From: Bacillota bacterium
GTDB lineage: Bacteria; Bacillota; SHA-98; UBA4971
Length of the DNA stretch: 64,000 bases
Assembly: GCA_024653485.1 (NCBI GenBank)
Contig: JANLFY010000001.1
Span: forward strand, 166,160 to 230,159
Direction: 5' to 3'
A program made the position numbers and the translations under genes. The stretch's first letter is position 1; every line of letters starts with the position of its first letter. Shown here piece by piece: positions 9,370 through 19,502 of this stretch. The notes beneath the pieces were generated by a model. The model saw only the letters and a list, made by a program, of their open reading frames with translations. It made no database searches and had not been told where the DNA came from.

Positions 9370-10365
9370 TCACGGGATCACGAGCCGCTGACCAACCCAC
9401 AGCGTGTTGGCGTCGGTGATGCCGTTTGACTGCATGATGGCTTGCACCGAAGCGCCGTACCTGAGAGCGAGCTGGTAGAGGGTGTCCCCCGGCTCGACGA
9501 TGTGGATCGTCCGCCCGGCCGCTCCACCCTGCGATGGGTTCCCGCTCGGCTGTGAGGTCGTGGAGGCGTCCTCCGAAGCCTGCACGATGATGATCTGCCC
9601 CACCCAGAGCGCGTTCGCGTCGACGTTCGGATTGAGCTGAATGAGCCTGTATAGGGTGACACCGTTCTTCACCGAGATCGCCCACAGTGTGTCACCAGGC
9701 TGAACGTAGTAGACTCGCCCTGGCCTTCCCGATGTCACGGGCGCCGTGGGCTTCACGTAGTCTTGATTCCACCAGGCGGCAAGGGCCGGCCCGTTGGGAC
9801 CGCGGTACCTGAAAGCGATCCATGCTTGGCGGGCTATCCGGTTCGCCACGTTCGCCGAGGTGATCTCGCGCACGGAGTTGACGGTCCACATCATACCGGG
9901 TCCAGGCCCGAAGGGCTGGATGAGCTGAACGATGTACGCCCTCTCCAAGTGCTGGACGAGAACCTGGGCTTCGCCGGTGCCGGAATCCTTCTGAACATCG
10001 ACCCTGGATATCAGGGTGTACGTGTCCTGCCACGGATCGAACCCCAGAATCGCTCCCTCCTGCCGCGCTACCTGCACCGGGTCCAGCCTCCAGGTGTCTT
10101 GCCCCTGGTACACCCGCAGCTGCGCTTGGTACAAAGCCTGCCAGTTGAGGGTTACCGGACCGGTCGCTACCTCAGCGGGCGGCGAGGCGGGCGTCCCGCG
10201 GTAGTAAACCTGGCCGTCTTGACCCGCCCTGAACGAGGGATGGGCCAGTGAATCGAGTCCTGATCGCTCCTCCCCAGGCCCCGCGGCCCACACCACCGCT
10301 TGGAGCGTTAACGCGGCGGCGAGGACGATCGCTACGACTATCGAGCGTCGCATGGTGCGATGCAA
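9370..10365 (-). CDS. Secreted LysM peptidoglycan-binding protein (two C-terminal LysM)
   Basis: Signal peptide; YYVQPGDTLWAIS and HIVEPGDTLYQLA repeats; alternative start 10353. Confidence 0.88.
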   Translation of the reverse strand: MHRTMRRSIVVAIVLAAALTLQAVVWAAGPGEERSGLDSLAHPSFRAGQDGQVYYRGTPASPPAEVATGPVTLNWQALYQAQLRVYQGQDTWRLDPVQVARQEGAILGFDPWQDTYTLISRVDVQKDSGTGEAQVLVQHLERAYIVQLIQPFGPGPGMMWTVNSVREITSANVANRIARQAWIAFRYRGPNGPALAAWWNQDYVKPTAPVTSGRPGRVYYVQPGDTLWAISVKNGVTLYRLIQLNPNVDANALWVGQIIIVQASEDASTTSQPSGNPSQGGAAGRTIHIVEPGDTLYQLALRYGASVQAIMQSNGITDANTLWVGQRLVIP

Positions 10366-10670
10366 AGGAACTCTCCCCTTTCACACAGAATGTAGGATGG
10401 GAAACAATGCTATTGCGAGTTTCCCGACCCTCTTGGCCATGATATCTGGATGGAGCGGGCTTGTCATCCTTCAGATCCTTCCAGGCGAAGGCACACCTGC
10501 CACACGCGGCGTGCTTCTGGTGGAGGGGCACAGTCGCCGCGCTGCTATTGGTCCGGTTGGCCCAGGGTTCGTGTGAAATCTAATGGGGCGGGAGACCTGG
10601 TTAGGCGGTGCGCACGACGAGAGGAGTGTGGTATTATGATGTAGCGGGGGACGAGTCAGGGGGGAGGATC

Positions 10671-11396
10671 ATGCTAACGCTAAAGGACATTCAAGGCAAT
10701 CCCAACTTCCGCCTTCTCATAGGCAAGGCCAACGACTACCTGTCGCTTCTCGGTTACACCGAACACGGGCTTCGTCACGTGACCTATGTGTCCACGACGA
10801 CGGCGTACATTCTCAGAAGCCTTGGGCACGACGATAGGACCGTCGAGCTCGGGGCGATCTCCGGTTACTTGCATGATATCGGGAATATGCACAATCGCAA
10901 GTACCATGGTCCCACCGGCGCGAACATAGTCTTCACAGAGCTCAGAATGCTCGGAATGCCCCTGGAGGAGATCTGCACCATCACCACTGCCATCGCCAAT
11001 CACGAGGAGGAGATAGGCATCCCCGTGAGTCCAGTGTCCGCTGCATTGATCATCGCGGACAAGAGCGACGCGCACCGGACCCGGGTGAGGATGAGGCGGG
11101 CGCATGACATCCATGACAGAGTGAACCTTGCCATAACCGATTCATCCTTGGTCGTGGATGACGTGCGTAAGACCATCACGCTGGACATATCCTTCGACAC
11201 GACGGAGTGCCAGATAATGGACTATTTCGAGATCTACCTAACCCGAATGGAGATGTGCAAGCAGGCGGCGGCGCTCCTCGGCTGCAGGTTCAGGCTCGTC
11301 ATAAACGGGCTCGAGCTTCTCGGACAACTGCAGCGGGACGAAGCACCTCGAGCTCGGGCGGCCTCGGGCATGGCGCCATCGCGCACGGGCGCGTGA
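10671..11396 (+). CDS. HD-domain phosphohydrolase
   Basis: EHGLRH, LHDIGN, IANHEE, IIADKSD; SD gggagg. Confidence 0.88.
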   Translation: MLTLKDIQGNPNFRLLIGKANDYLSLLGYTEHGLRHVTYVSTTTAYILRSLGHDDRTVELGAISGYLHDIGNMHNRKYHGPTGANIVFTELRMLGMPLEEICTITTAIANHEEEIGIPVSPVSAALIIADKSDAHRTRVRMRRAHDIHDRVNLAITDSSLVVDDVRKTITLDISFDTTECQIMDYFEIYLTRMEMCKQAAALLGCRFRLVINGLELLGQLQRDEAPRARAASGMAPSRTGA

Positions 11397-11515
11397 GGAT
11401 CACGGCGACTGACGGCACGTCAAGGCCTCGCAGGGCTGCTGTAGGAGGTTCAACCCGGAGGTTCAACTGGGTCTTGCTTGGCGCGGCGGTCTCCATACGC
11501 TGTCCCGAGCAGTGT

Positions 11516-12526
11516 TCAACTGGTGCGGTGCACCACGCTTGCTAGGATATCCGCGAGGATCTCTTTTCCCGTGCCGTCAGGGAGGAGCGCGAGGCAGCGA
11601 TTCGCGCGGTCCGCGTATCTCTCCGCGACCTGCAACGCTCGGCAGAGGGCGCCGGATTCCCTCACCGCGGCGATGACTCGCTTGCGAGCTTGGCAGCTCA
11701 TGCTGTCGCGCCCATCCCGGCCGGTTGCGTTGAGTTCGGTGAGAAGAGCCCTCAACTCGGGTCCCCATTTCCTGCTTCCCAGCGCATATATCACGGGCAG
11801 AGTGTACACGCCGCACGCGAGATCGTGCGCAGCGGGCTTTCCCGTGGCAGCCTCGTCTTGCGAAAAGTCAAGGACATCGTCTGCTATCTGGAACGCGATG
11901 CCAAGGTGAAGGCCAAATCGGCGAAGCGTGTCCGTAGTATCTCTCGGAGCTCCCGCCACAAGGGCGCCGGCATAGCAACTCAAGGCGAAGAGCATGGCTG
12001 TCTTTTGGCGGATCCTCCGCAGATACTGACCGAAGGACACGGTGACATCGCCTCGGGCCTCGTATTGCTCGATCTCACCCTCGCAGACCTGCTGAACCGC
12101 GTTGGCCACAGATGAGAGAATCCCCGTGTCGGCATACCGGGACAGCATCTGAAAGGCGCGCGTGAAAAGGTAGTCACCGGTGAAGACGGCCACATTCGCC
12201 CCGTGTCGCGCCTGAACGGTCTCGATCCCCCTTCGGGTATCGGCGTCATCCACGATGTCGTCGTGGACGAGCGTGGCCATGTGGACGACTTCGACGGCGG
12301 ACGCGACCACCACGAGTTTCTCGGGGTCAGCATGACCGAACATGCCCGATGTCAGCACGAGGGCCGGACGGACGCGCTTTCCTCCCGCTCGCAGGAGGGA
12401 CATCACTGCGTCCGAGATGAGCTTGTGTCCTGTGGAGAGCTGTTCCTCGAGGCAGGCTTGCACTCTCTTGAGGCCGTCGGCGAGCTCGGGGTGATGCGTC
12501 CACCTGGATGACGAAGCTTTCTCCAT
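11516..12526 (-). CDS. Polyprenyl (heptaprenyl) diphosphate synthase component II, DmkB/HepT-like
   Basis: GGKRVRP, HDDIVDDADTRRG, FQIADDVLD. Confidence 0.93.
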   Translation of the reverse strand: MEKASSSRWTHHPELADGLKRVQACLEEQLSTGHKLISDAVMSLLRAGGKRVRPALVLTSGMFGHADPEKLVVVASAVEVVHMATLVHDDIVDDADTRRGIETVQARHGANVAVFTGDYLFTRAFQMLSRYADTGILSSVANAVQQVCEGEIEQYEARGDVTVSFGQYLRRIRQKTAMLFALSCYAGALVAGAPRDTTDTLRRFGLHLGIAFQIADDVLDFSQDEAATGKPAAHDLACGVYTLPVIYALGSRKWGPELRALLTELNATGRDGRDSMSCQARKRVIAAVRESGALCRALQVAERYADRANRCLALLPDGTGKEILADILASVVHRTS

Positions 12527-12557
12527 GAGACTCCTCCATCCGCCGTCGTGTATGTTG

Positions 12558-13118
12558 TCAAAGCGTCCTCGCGACTTGCTTGCCCCGCGTTTCCCTCTGC
12601 TGGCGGGCGGAGGGAAACGCGACAGCCTTCGCGAGGAAGCTGAGGACGAACCCGGCTGCGATTCCAACGAAATAACCTGTGGCGACTCCGGCCACCAGGA
12701 GCACGGGGAGATAGCCGTAAATGCCCATGGTGCCCACGACCATTCCCGCGACGAAGAGCTGGCCCACGTTGTGGGATATCGCCCCCAGGACGCTCACTCC
12801 TACCAGGCCGAAGACGCTTCCCAGTCGTCTGTACGCGAGCGACATCACGGCCGTCGCGAGCGCTCCTCCGACCACGCTAAAGGCGAAGCTGGTCAGAGCT
12901 CCGGAGAGGAGCGACGCAAGGAAGGTGCGCAGGACGACCACGACGAACGCGTCAACAGGGCCGGAAAGCACGATCGCCACGAGCGTGACTATGTTCGCGA
13001 TTCCCAACTTTGCCCCCGGAATCATGAAAGGCACGGGTATCAGGCTCTCGACTGCATGCAGTACAAGAGCGAGTGCGGTGTACATCGATATGTGCGTCAA
13101 TCTCTGTATTCTCGTCAT
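12558..13118 (-). CDS. Gx transporter family / Hpre_diP_synt_I membrane protein (Eet-type)
   Basis: ESLIP..PGAKLGIAN, GAISHNVGQL motifs; context. Confidence 0.88.
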   Translation of the reverse strand: MTRIQRLTHISMYTALALVLHAVESLIPVPFMIPGAKLGIANIVTLVAIVLSGPVDAFVVVVLRTFLASLLSGALTSFAFSVVGGALATAVMSLAYRRLGSVFGLVGVSVLGAISHNVGQLFVAGMVVGTMGIYGYLPVLLVAGVATGYFVGIAAGFVLSFLAKAVAFPSARQQRETRGKQVARTL

Positions 13119-13205
13119 TCCGCATGAGATCTGCGCGGGTGCCGCGGCAACCGGGTGACGCGCAGAAAACCCTTGCCCTCCCTTTGGCGTCTTCCCTCGT
13201 CATCG

Positions 13206-13631
13206 TCAATACGCGACTCCGTCGAGCGCGTGTTCCGGTCGTGGCGATCGTGTCCCACCCTGAATCTTCACCACGACTCTGTTGGGAAGGCACACGATGG
13301 TCTCGCCCGGCTGATCGATCCAGCCTGTCCTGACGCATACTCTATCAGGGCAATCCGAATCGAGGACCCTGGCGCGCCCATCCTCCGTGATCTCCACGGT
13401 GACGCTGTGCCCCCTGCTCGCAGGGACGTCCACCGTCATAGTGTGCGTGACCTGTGAGAGAGGGATCGTCCAGAAAGGACGGTTGTCTAGCTCTATAGAC
13501 ACCTCTCTCGCGCTCACGGCATCCCGCTCGCGGCTTCGGCTGACGCTTTGGCACGCGAAAATCGCTGCGGCGCAGCTCACGACGACGAGAGCGAGTATGA
13601 CATCAGCTTTCTTGAACGTCTTCACCATCAT
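13206..13631 (-). CDS. NusG domain II-containing exported protein (Eet-type)
   Basis: N-terminal TM; SDCPDRVCVRTGWI and IVCLPNRV. Confidence 0.88.
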   Translation of the reverse strand: MMVKTFKKADVILALVVVSCAAAIFACQSVSRSRERDAVSAREVSIELDNRPFWTIPLSQVTHTMTVDVPASRGHSVTVEITEDGRARVLDSDCPDRVCVRTGWIDQPGETIVCLPNRVVVKIQGGTRSPRPEHALDGVAY

Positions 13632-14700
13632 GATACTTGACAGTCCACCCGTCACTGATTTCTATGGCGCCCTTGAGTCCCGGGGAAACGAGCACCTCTC
13701 GGACCTCGGTCACTATCACCGCCTCTATACCGGGGAGGCGCTCCACGAGACCCATCCCATCCGACGGTCCCAAGAGGAACACCGCGGTGGACAGCGCGTC
13801 CGCGTCCACCGCGCGGCGGGCTACGATGGTTGCGCTCACCACCCCCGTCTCGGCGGGGTACCCCGTGTCAGGGTCGATTATGTGATGGTACCGTCTTCCG
13901 TGCTGTTCGAAGAAGCGTTCGTACGTGCCCGACGATACTACGGCCGTATCGCGCACGGACAACACCGCGAAAGTCGCGCCGCGCTCCTTCCAGGGATCCT
14001 GTATCCCCACGCGCCACGGCGACCCGTCTGGCCTCGAGCCAACCACCAAGATGTTTCCACCCAGGTCGATGAAAGCGCTCTCCACTCCGCGCTCCGTCAG
14101 AACCTCCGCGGCTTCGTCGGCGGCATAACCTTTCGCTATCGCACCCAGGTCGAGGGCCATCCCGGCCTTCGGAAGACGCACCGTGCCCCCAGACTCGTCC
14201 ACCTCCACCTCGCCATGATGGACCAGCTGCTTCGCGACAGCGATATCTTCAGGAGAAGGCACTTTCGCGTGCTTCGTACCTATGCCCCACAACTGGACGA
14301 GCGGGCCGATGGCCACGTCGAACTTGCCGTTGCTTAGATCGGCGTATTCCTTGGCCCTTTTCACCACATACAGTGTATCGCCCGCCACCGAGCTTGGCAA
14401 GCCTCCGGCGTTTCGGTTCAATTCTGCGACATCGCTAGATGCGATGTTGGCGCTCATCAGAGCCTCTATCTCCTCAATGCGGTGGAAGGCTTCGTCTACG
14501 GCCTTGCCGGCACCCTCGCCGCTAGCGTACGCACGCACTTGGACGAGCGTCCCGAGGGCGAAGCCGGTTCTAACTGACGCGACCGGCTTGTTTGCGGAAA
14601 GCTGGCACCCCGCAACCGTGAAGGCCGACACCAGGGCGACTGCGTATAGCCAATCGAGTGAGAGGTCCTGACGACTGCCACGCAAGTCGCGCCTCTTCAC
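13603..14700 (-). CDS. apbE: FAD:protein FMN transferase (lipoprotein)
   Basis: Lipobox VAGC; FDVAIGPL, DLGAIAKGY, SSGTYER, HHIIDPDTG, ADALSTA; start uncertain. Confidence 0.93.
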   Translation of the reverse strand: MKRRDLRGSRQDLSLDWLYAVALVSAFTVAGCQLSANKPVASVRTGFALGTLVQVRAYASGEGAGKAVDEAFHRIEEIEALMSANIASSDVAELNRNAGGLPSSVAGDTLYVVKRAKEYADLSNGKFDVAIGPLVQLWGIGTKHAKVPSPEDIAVAKQLVHHGEVEVDESGGTVRLPKAGMALDLGAIAKGYAADEAAEVLTERGVESAFIDLGGNILVVGSRPDGSPWRVGIQDPWKERGATFAVLSVRDTAVVSSGTYERFFEQHGRRYHHIIDPDTGYPAETGVVSATIVARRAVDADALSTAVFLLGPSDGMGLVERLPGIEAVIVTEVREVLVSPGLKGAIEISDGWTVKYHDGEDVQES

Positions 14701-15087
14701 GCGAGTCTCTCCATTCGCAGACATCCTCGGGGAACACCCCCAGGGCGCGCCCTCGCGGCTCCTCGTGGGCACGTCTATGGGCGCGCCTGCAGTCGTGCTT
14801 GCTCTTGCGTCTCAATTCATCAGCCGCCCAGTGCGTCGTCCGCAAGGCTTCGTGGACTCACCTGTACCGGTGTACCGCCACTCGCTCACATCATGCTGCA
14901 CAGCCCGCCCTGCGGCTTCCGGGGTCACCGCCCGATCACTACCCGGCCTGTCCGGTCGGAGCGCGTCGGCAACCCCCACGTGGCCGCACTGACTCCGCCA
15001 GGCTCGCACCGAGCTCGTGGCCGGTCTGTTGCGGCCGGCTTTCTGAACGCTGTGATTGCACTATCGTGCCACCCGTGATTGTACCAT

Positions 15088-15116
15088 TTGTGCGGCGAAA
15101 CTGTCTATGGTATAGT
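15088..15116 (+). promoter_or_regulatory. sigmaA-like promoter of ndh2
   Basis: TTGTGC-17nt-TATAGT with extended -10 TG. Confidence 0.55.
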
Positions 15117-15197
15117 TGAAAGAGCCGATGGTAATCAGCGTTATCATGGAGGATTCCCCTGGCACTCGGCGAAATACACAACAGTCGGGGCGGCGTG

Positions 15198-15219
15198 TGT
15201 GATTGGCGTCACAATCACA
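15198..15219. promoter_or_regulatory. Palindromic operator candidate (Rex/CRP-type core)
   Basis: TGTGATTG-gcgtca-CAATCACA, also contains TGTGA-N6-TCACA. Confidence 0.5.
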
Positions 15220-15331
15220 AGGAGGTGGCCGCGGCAGACCGCGGCTGACCCGACCGCTCGTCCTCGTCTCTCAGACTACTGGACGAGACTACCAGACATG
15301 ATCGGACAAGAGCGCGTGGGAGGAATGGTGG

Positions 15332-17083
15332 ATGGCTCACAAGAAGAGAGTGGTCATTCTCGGAGGGGGTTACGGGGGGATCCATGCAGCGCAGACCCTG
15401 GACAGGCTGCTTGGACGCGACGAGGCCGAGATCACGCTCATCGACAAGAACGATCATCACACCCTCCTGACCGAGCTCCATGAGGTGGCGGGGGCTCGAG
15501 TTAACGAGGACAGCGTGCGGATCCCCTTTTCGGACATCTTCCGCAGGAGCAAGGTACGCGTGGTTAAGGACACGGTCACCGGCATCGATCTCAATAAGAA
15601 AGTGCTGAGGTCAGAGACGGCAGAATACCCGTATGACTATCTTGTTCTAGCGTGCGGAAGCGAACCGGAGTTCTATGGAATCCCTGGAATGGCCGAGAAC
15701 GCGTTCACCCTTTGGTCGCTAGAAGACGCCCGGAAGATAAAGGCGCAAGTGCGGGCCATGTTCGAACTGGCGGTCGCGGAACGAGATCCGATCAAGCGGC
15801 AGGAGCTACTCACTTTCGTGGTGGGTGGCGGTGGCTTTACTGGAGTAGAGATGGCTGGCGAGCTTGCGGAATGGGTACCGGAGCTGTGCCGCGAGTTCGG
15901 CTTGTCGCCGTTTTCGGTGACGGTGTACGTGATCGAGGCCCTCCCTCGCATACTCCCTACCCTTGCCGACAACCTTGCGGCAAGGGCAGCTCGCGCCATG
16001 CGGGCGAAAGGGATCACCGTGTTGACCGACTCGCCCATAGTGGAGGTCGGGCGTGACGAGATTACGCTCAAGTCAGGCACGAAGATACGGACTCGCACCG
16101 TGATTTGGACGGGTGGAGTCCGAACGACCAGCTTTCTGAGGGACAAAGGTTTCGACTGCAAGAAGCGTGGTCGCCTGACGGTCAACGAGTATCTCCAGGT
16201 GGTCGGGCATGACGATGTGTACGCAGTCGGCGACAACTGCTTCTTCGCAGATGAGAATGGAGAGCTTCCTGCGCTCGTTGAGTCGGCGCTTCAGGGAGGG
16301 GCATGCGCTGCCAGGAACATAGCAGCTGATATCAAAGGTACGCCCAAACGCAGGTTCAGGCCCCGTCTCCATGGGGTGATGGTATCCGTCGGCAGCCACT
16401 ACTCGGTGGCCGACCTCATGGGGATGTCCCTGTGGAGTTATCCGGCCACCGCCATGAAGCACCTCGTGAACCTTCATTACCAGTGGGGCGTCGGAGGCAT
16501 GAGGGTCATACTCAAGTACCTCAGACACGAGATGATAAACGCGAGGGGAGTGCTTTCAGAGCTCATGAAACACGCTAACGTCAAGGTCAGCCTTGCTTGG
16601 CTCGTGATTCTCAGGGTGTTCCTTGGCTATGAGTGGCTCGTATCTGGACTAGGCAAGATACGCGATGGTTTCCTTGTCTCCGGCGACAAGCTCGTGTCTG
16701 GCTCGTCTTTGATGCCCATGGGGCCGGGGACGCCCGAGTGGTACAGGTGGCTCATGGACACCTTCGTCTTCCCGCATGCGCTCTTCTTCCAGTGGGTTGT
16801 GACCCTGACAGAACTGGCGCTGGGGCTCGCGTTGATCTTCGGTCTCTTCACCAGCATTGCGGCGCTTGGGTCGATATTCATGAACGTCAACTTCGCTCTT
16901 GCTGGCGCCGGAGGGAACATCTGGTTCGTAATGGTCTCCATCGCCATGCTCGGTGGAGCCGGGCGCGCTTTCGGGTTGGACTACTATGTGATGCCCATCT
17001 TGGGAGAGGTCATAAGAGGGATGCTTCCCAAGGGGCGGCTCGCGTCCGGCTCGCGGACTCCTCAGGCTGGCGCGGCGAGGTAG
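15332..17083 (+). CDS. Type II NADH dehydrogenase with C-terminal DoxX/DoxD-like membrane domain (EET-type Ndh2)
   Basis: GGGYGG and GGGFTGVE dinucleotide motifs, YAVGD; C-terminal LRVFLGYEWLVSGLGK ... ELALGLALIFGLFT. Confidence 0.9.
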   Translation: MAHKKRVVILGGGYGGIHAAQTLDRLLGRDEAEITLIDKNDHHTLLTELHEVAGARVNEDSVRIPFSDIFRRSKVRVVKDTVTGIDLNKKVLRSETAEYPYDYLVLACGSEPEFYGIPGMAENAFTLWSLEDARKIKAQVRAMFELAVAERDPIKRQELLTFVVGGGGFTGVEMAGELAEWVPELCREFGLSPFSVTVYVIEALPRILPTLADNLAARAARAMRAKGITVLTDSPIVEVGRDEITLKSGTKIRTRTVIWTGGVRTTSFLRDKGFDCKKRGRLTVNEYLQVVGHDDVYAVGDNCFFADENGELPALVESALQGGACAARNIAADIKGTPKRRFRPRLHGVMVSVGSHYSVADLMGMSLWSYPATAMKHLVNLHYQWGVGGMRVILKYLRHEMINARGVLSELMKHANVKVSLAWLVILRVFLGYEWLVSGLGKIRDGFLVSGDKLVSGSSLMPMGPGTPEWYRWLMDTFVFPHALFFQWVVTLTELALGLALIFGLFTSIAALGSIFMNVNFALAGAGGNIWFVMVSIAMLGGAGRAFGLDYYVMPILGEVIRGMLPKGRLASGSRTPQAGAAR

Positions 17084-17260
17084 GGCTCGCGGGGCGCGCC
17101 GTGCGCAGCGAATCGGGCTTGCAAGAGGCGATGGACGCCGGGGACGGCAGCGCGTGGATGGTGGACAATGGGCGGGCGCCTGGGCTCACGGGATGGGAGT
17201 GGAGCTCCAGGCGCCCGGAAAAACAGGGAGCAGGGTCTTCTGGGGCAGAGTCCCGAGGGT

Positions 17261-17524
17261 CTAGGCTCCCGCCGCATCCGGCGTTTTGGACGACCCTTGC
17301 GAGGACTTGACTTGAGTGTCCTCTTTGGCCTTCTCTTTGTAGTCGGTGCTGCGATTGTCTGTCGTGTAGAAACCGGACCCCTTGAAGATGATGCTCACGT
17401 TTCTGCTGATGAGCCGCCTGACCGGGCCGCCGCAGGTGGGACAGCGGGAGAGGGGCTCATCCGACATGCGCTGGAGCTCTTCGAACCGGCCACACTTCTC
17501 GCAGTGGTATTCGTAAGTAGGCAT
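17261..17524 (-). CDS. FmdB family zinc-ribbon protein
   Basis: [12 protein letters not shown]...CPTCG...[10 protein letters not shown]. Confidence 0.93.
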   Translation of the reverse strand: MPTYEYHCEKCGRFEELQRMSDEPLSRCPTCGGPVRRLISRNVSIIFKGSGFYTTDNRSTDYKEKAKEDTQVKSSQGSSKTPDAAGA

Positions 17525-17719
17525 GTCGCGACAATCCCTCCTCGAGAGAACTCGGCGCACAGCGGGCGCTGCTTTGATGAGGTAAGCTGGAGCGCCGCGA
17601 GGCCCGCGCCAACTACGTACTATACGCCGCTCTTAGGCTCCTGTCAAGAACGCGAAAGCCTGCAAGCCCGCTCAGCCACCCAACCCTGACGCTGAGTCAG
17701 AGGGGCTAGCAAGACGGAT

Positions 17720-17737
17720 TTGTGAATGATGCCACAA
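17720..17737. promoter_or_regulatory. Rex-like operator candidate
   Basis: TTGTGAAtgatGCCACAA vs TTGTGAAnnnnTTCACAA, next to a TG-n-TAGAAT -10. Confidence 0.4.
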
Positions 17738-17920
17738 AGTGTTAGAATGGGGTGGACGGACTTAGGGGCGGGTCCAAGTGGGTTCGACAGACCTCGGATC
17801 ACCACCGCGCGGTGTCCTCGCGATTACGTCAGTAGGCTGTCGCTTGTGGTGCTGCGTGTGGTTCCACGACTATCCTCCCGAGCTGGACCAGCCACCGGGC
17901 TTGAAGGGGGGGCCGGGCTC

Positions 17921-18706
17921 GTGGTTTCCGGTGAGAAGGTTAGGAACGCGAGAAAGGCAAGGGGGCTCACGCTCGTCGAGCTTGCTTCGAGGGCAAGACT
18001 CTCATATTCGTACTTGAGCGAGATAGAACGCGGTTCCAAGACTCCATCCTCTGATGCACTGGCGCGGCTCGCCGACGCGCTCAACCTCAACAGGGCGGAT
18101 CTCGTGGAGGCATCCGAGGAAGACGGCGATCAAGGCATCGGGCCTGGTGACAGACTGCGGGTTGCCCGGGAGGACCGCGGCATGACTCTTCGTGAGGTGG
18201 CGTCCGCGGCGGGCATATCAAGCACTTACTTGAGCGAAATAGAGCGTGGCAACGTGCAACCAGCTGTGTCCGTCCTGAAGAGGCTGGCCCGCGTGCTGCA
18301 CATCCCTCTCTCTGTGCTCATGTCGCCAGCGGAACGCAAGGGATTCCTGGGCGAGAAGCTCAAGAGGCTCAGAGCCATACTGGGTATGACCCAGGCGGAG
18401 GTGGCTGCCAAAGCCGGCGTTTCGTCCGCCCTCGTCGGCCAAATCGAGCTAGGGCGGGTTTCGCCGTCACTCAGAACCGTCAACAAGATAGCCTCGGCAT
18501 TGGGTGTGTCACCTTGTTACCTCGTCTTGGATAGCGAGGGCATCGACGAGATCGTCCCGGCGATGACCAAAGACCTTCGCGACCTACTGCAGGACCCAAA
18601 CGTGCAGATGCTGTTGAGCGCGGTGTGTACTCTGAATCAGAAGGAGATGAGGTTCGTCTTCGAGGTGATTGCGCTCCTCAAGCGGTCGGGAATCAGCTCG
18701 CCTTGA
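17921..18706 (+). CDS. XRE-family regulator with three tandem HTH domains
   Basis: Three repeats GEKVR..YLSEIERG, GDRLR..YLSEIERG, GEKLK..VGQIELG. Confidence 0.88.
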   Translation: MVSGEKVRNARKARGLTLVELASRARLSYSYLSEIERGSKTPSSDALARLADALNLNRADLVEASEEDGDQGIGPGDRLRVAREDRGMTLREVASAAGISSTYLSEIERGNVQPAVSVLKRLARVLHIPLSVLMSPAERKGFLGEKLKRLRAILGMTQAEVAAKAGVSSALVGQIELGRVSPSLRTVNKIASALGVSPCYLVLDSEGIDEIVPAMTKDLRDLLQDPNVQMLLSAVCTLNQKEMRFVFEVIALLKRSGISSP

Positions 18707-18796
18707 CTTGTCGCGATCTCATCTCAGCCATGCAGGCCGATCCGTCGCGGAAGGCAGCGGGCCGCTGGCCAGTTGCGGTCAGCCGCCCGCCCTGCG

Positions 18797-19501
18797 TCAC
18801 TCTCCCAGATACGCTTTGCGGATGTCCGCGTTCTCGAGTAGTTCCCGTCCTGGCCCCTCCATCGTAATGGTTCCTGTCTCCAGAACGTAAGCGTAGTCCG
18901 CTAGTCTCAAAGCTGCCTTGGCGTTCTGCTCGATGAGGAGGATAGTGCACCCCTCTGCATGTATCTTGGACAACGCCCTGAAGACCTCCCGCATCAAGAC
19001 GGGCGCGAGCCCGAGCGACGGCTCGTCAAGGCACAGAAGTCTCGGCCTCGACATGAGGGCGCGACCCACCGCCAGCATCTGCTGCTCACCGCCTGAAAGG
19101 GTGCCGCCCTTCTGAGTGAGGCGCTCTTTGAGCCTTGGGAAGAGCGTCGTGACCCACTCAAGGTCTTGTTGTATGCCTGCGGTGTCTTGTCTAGGGTACG
19201 CGCCCATCATCAAGTTCTCTAGGACGGTGAGGTTGCGGAAGATTCTCCGGCCCTCGGGCACCATCGCCACCCCGGAGCGGACGATGTGGTGGCTAGGCTT
19301 GCCTGCTATGTTCTCCGCTTTGAGCTGGATAGACCCGCGCCGGGCCTTGACAAGGCCCGTTATGGCTCGGAGAGTAGTGCTCTTTCCGGCCCCATTCGCT
19401 CCGATGAGTGTGACTATCTTGCCTTCTGGCACGTCCAGGGAGATCCCCTTGAGCGCGTGAATGCCGCCATAGTATACATGGAGGTCCCTTATCTTGAGCA
19501 T
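18797..19501 (-). CDS. livF: Branched-chain amino acid ABC transporter ATPase
   Basis: GANGAGKST, VPEGRRIF, LSGGEQQM, DEPSLGLAP. Confidence 0.94.
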   Translation of the reverse strand: MLKIRDLHVYYGGIHALKGISLDVPEGKIVTLIGANGAGKSTTLRAITGLVKARRGSIQLKAENIAGKPSHHIVRSGVAMVPEGRRIFRNLTVLENLMMGAYPRQDTAGIQQDLEWVTTLFPRLKERLTQKGGTLSGGEQQMLAVGRALMSRPRLLCLDEPSLGLAPVLMREVFRALSKIHAEGCTILLIEQNAKAALRLADYAYVLETGTITMEGPGRELLENADIRKAYLGE

Positions 19502-19502
19502 C

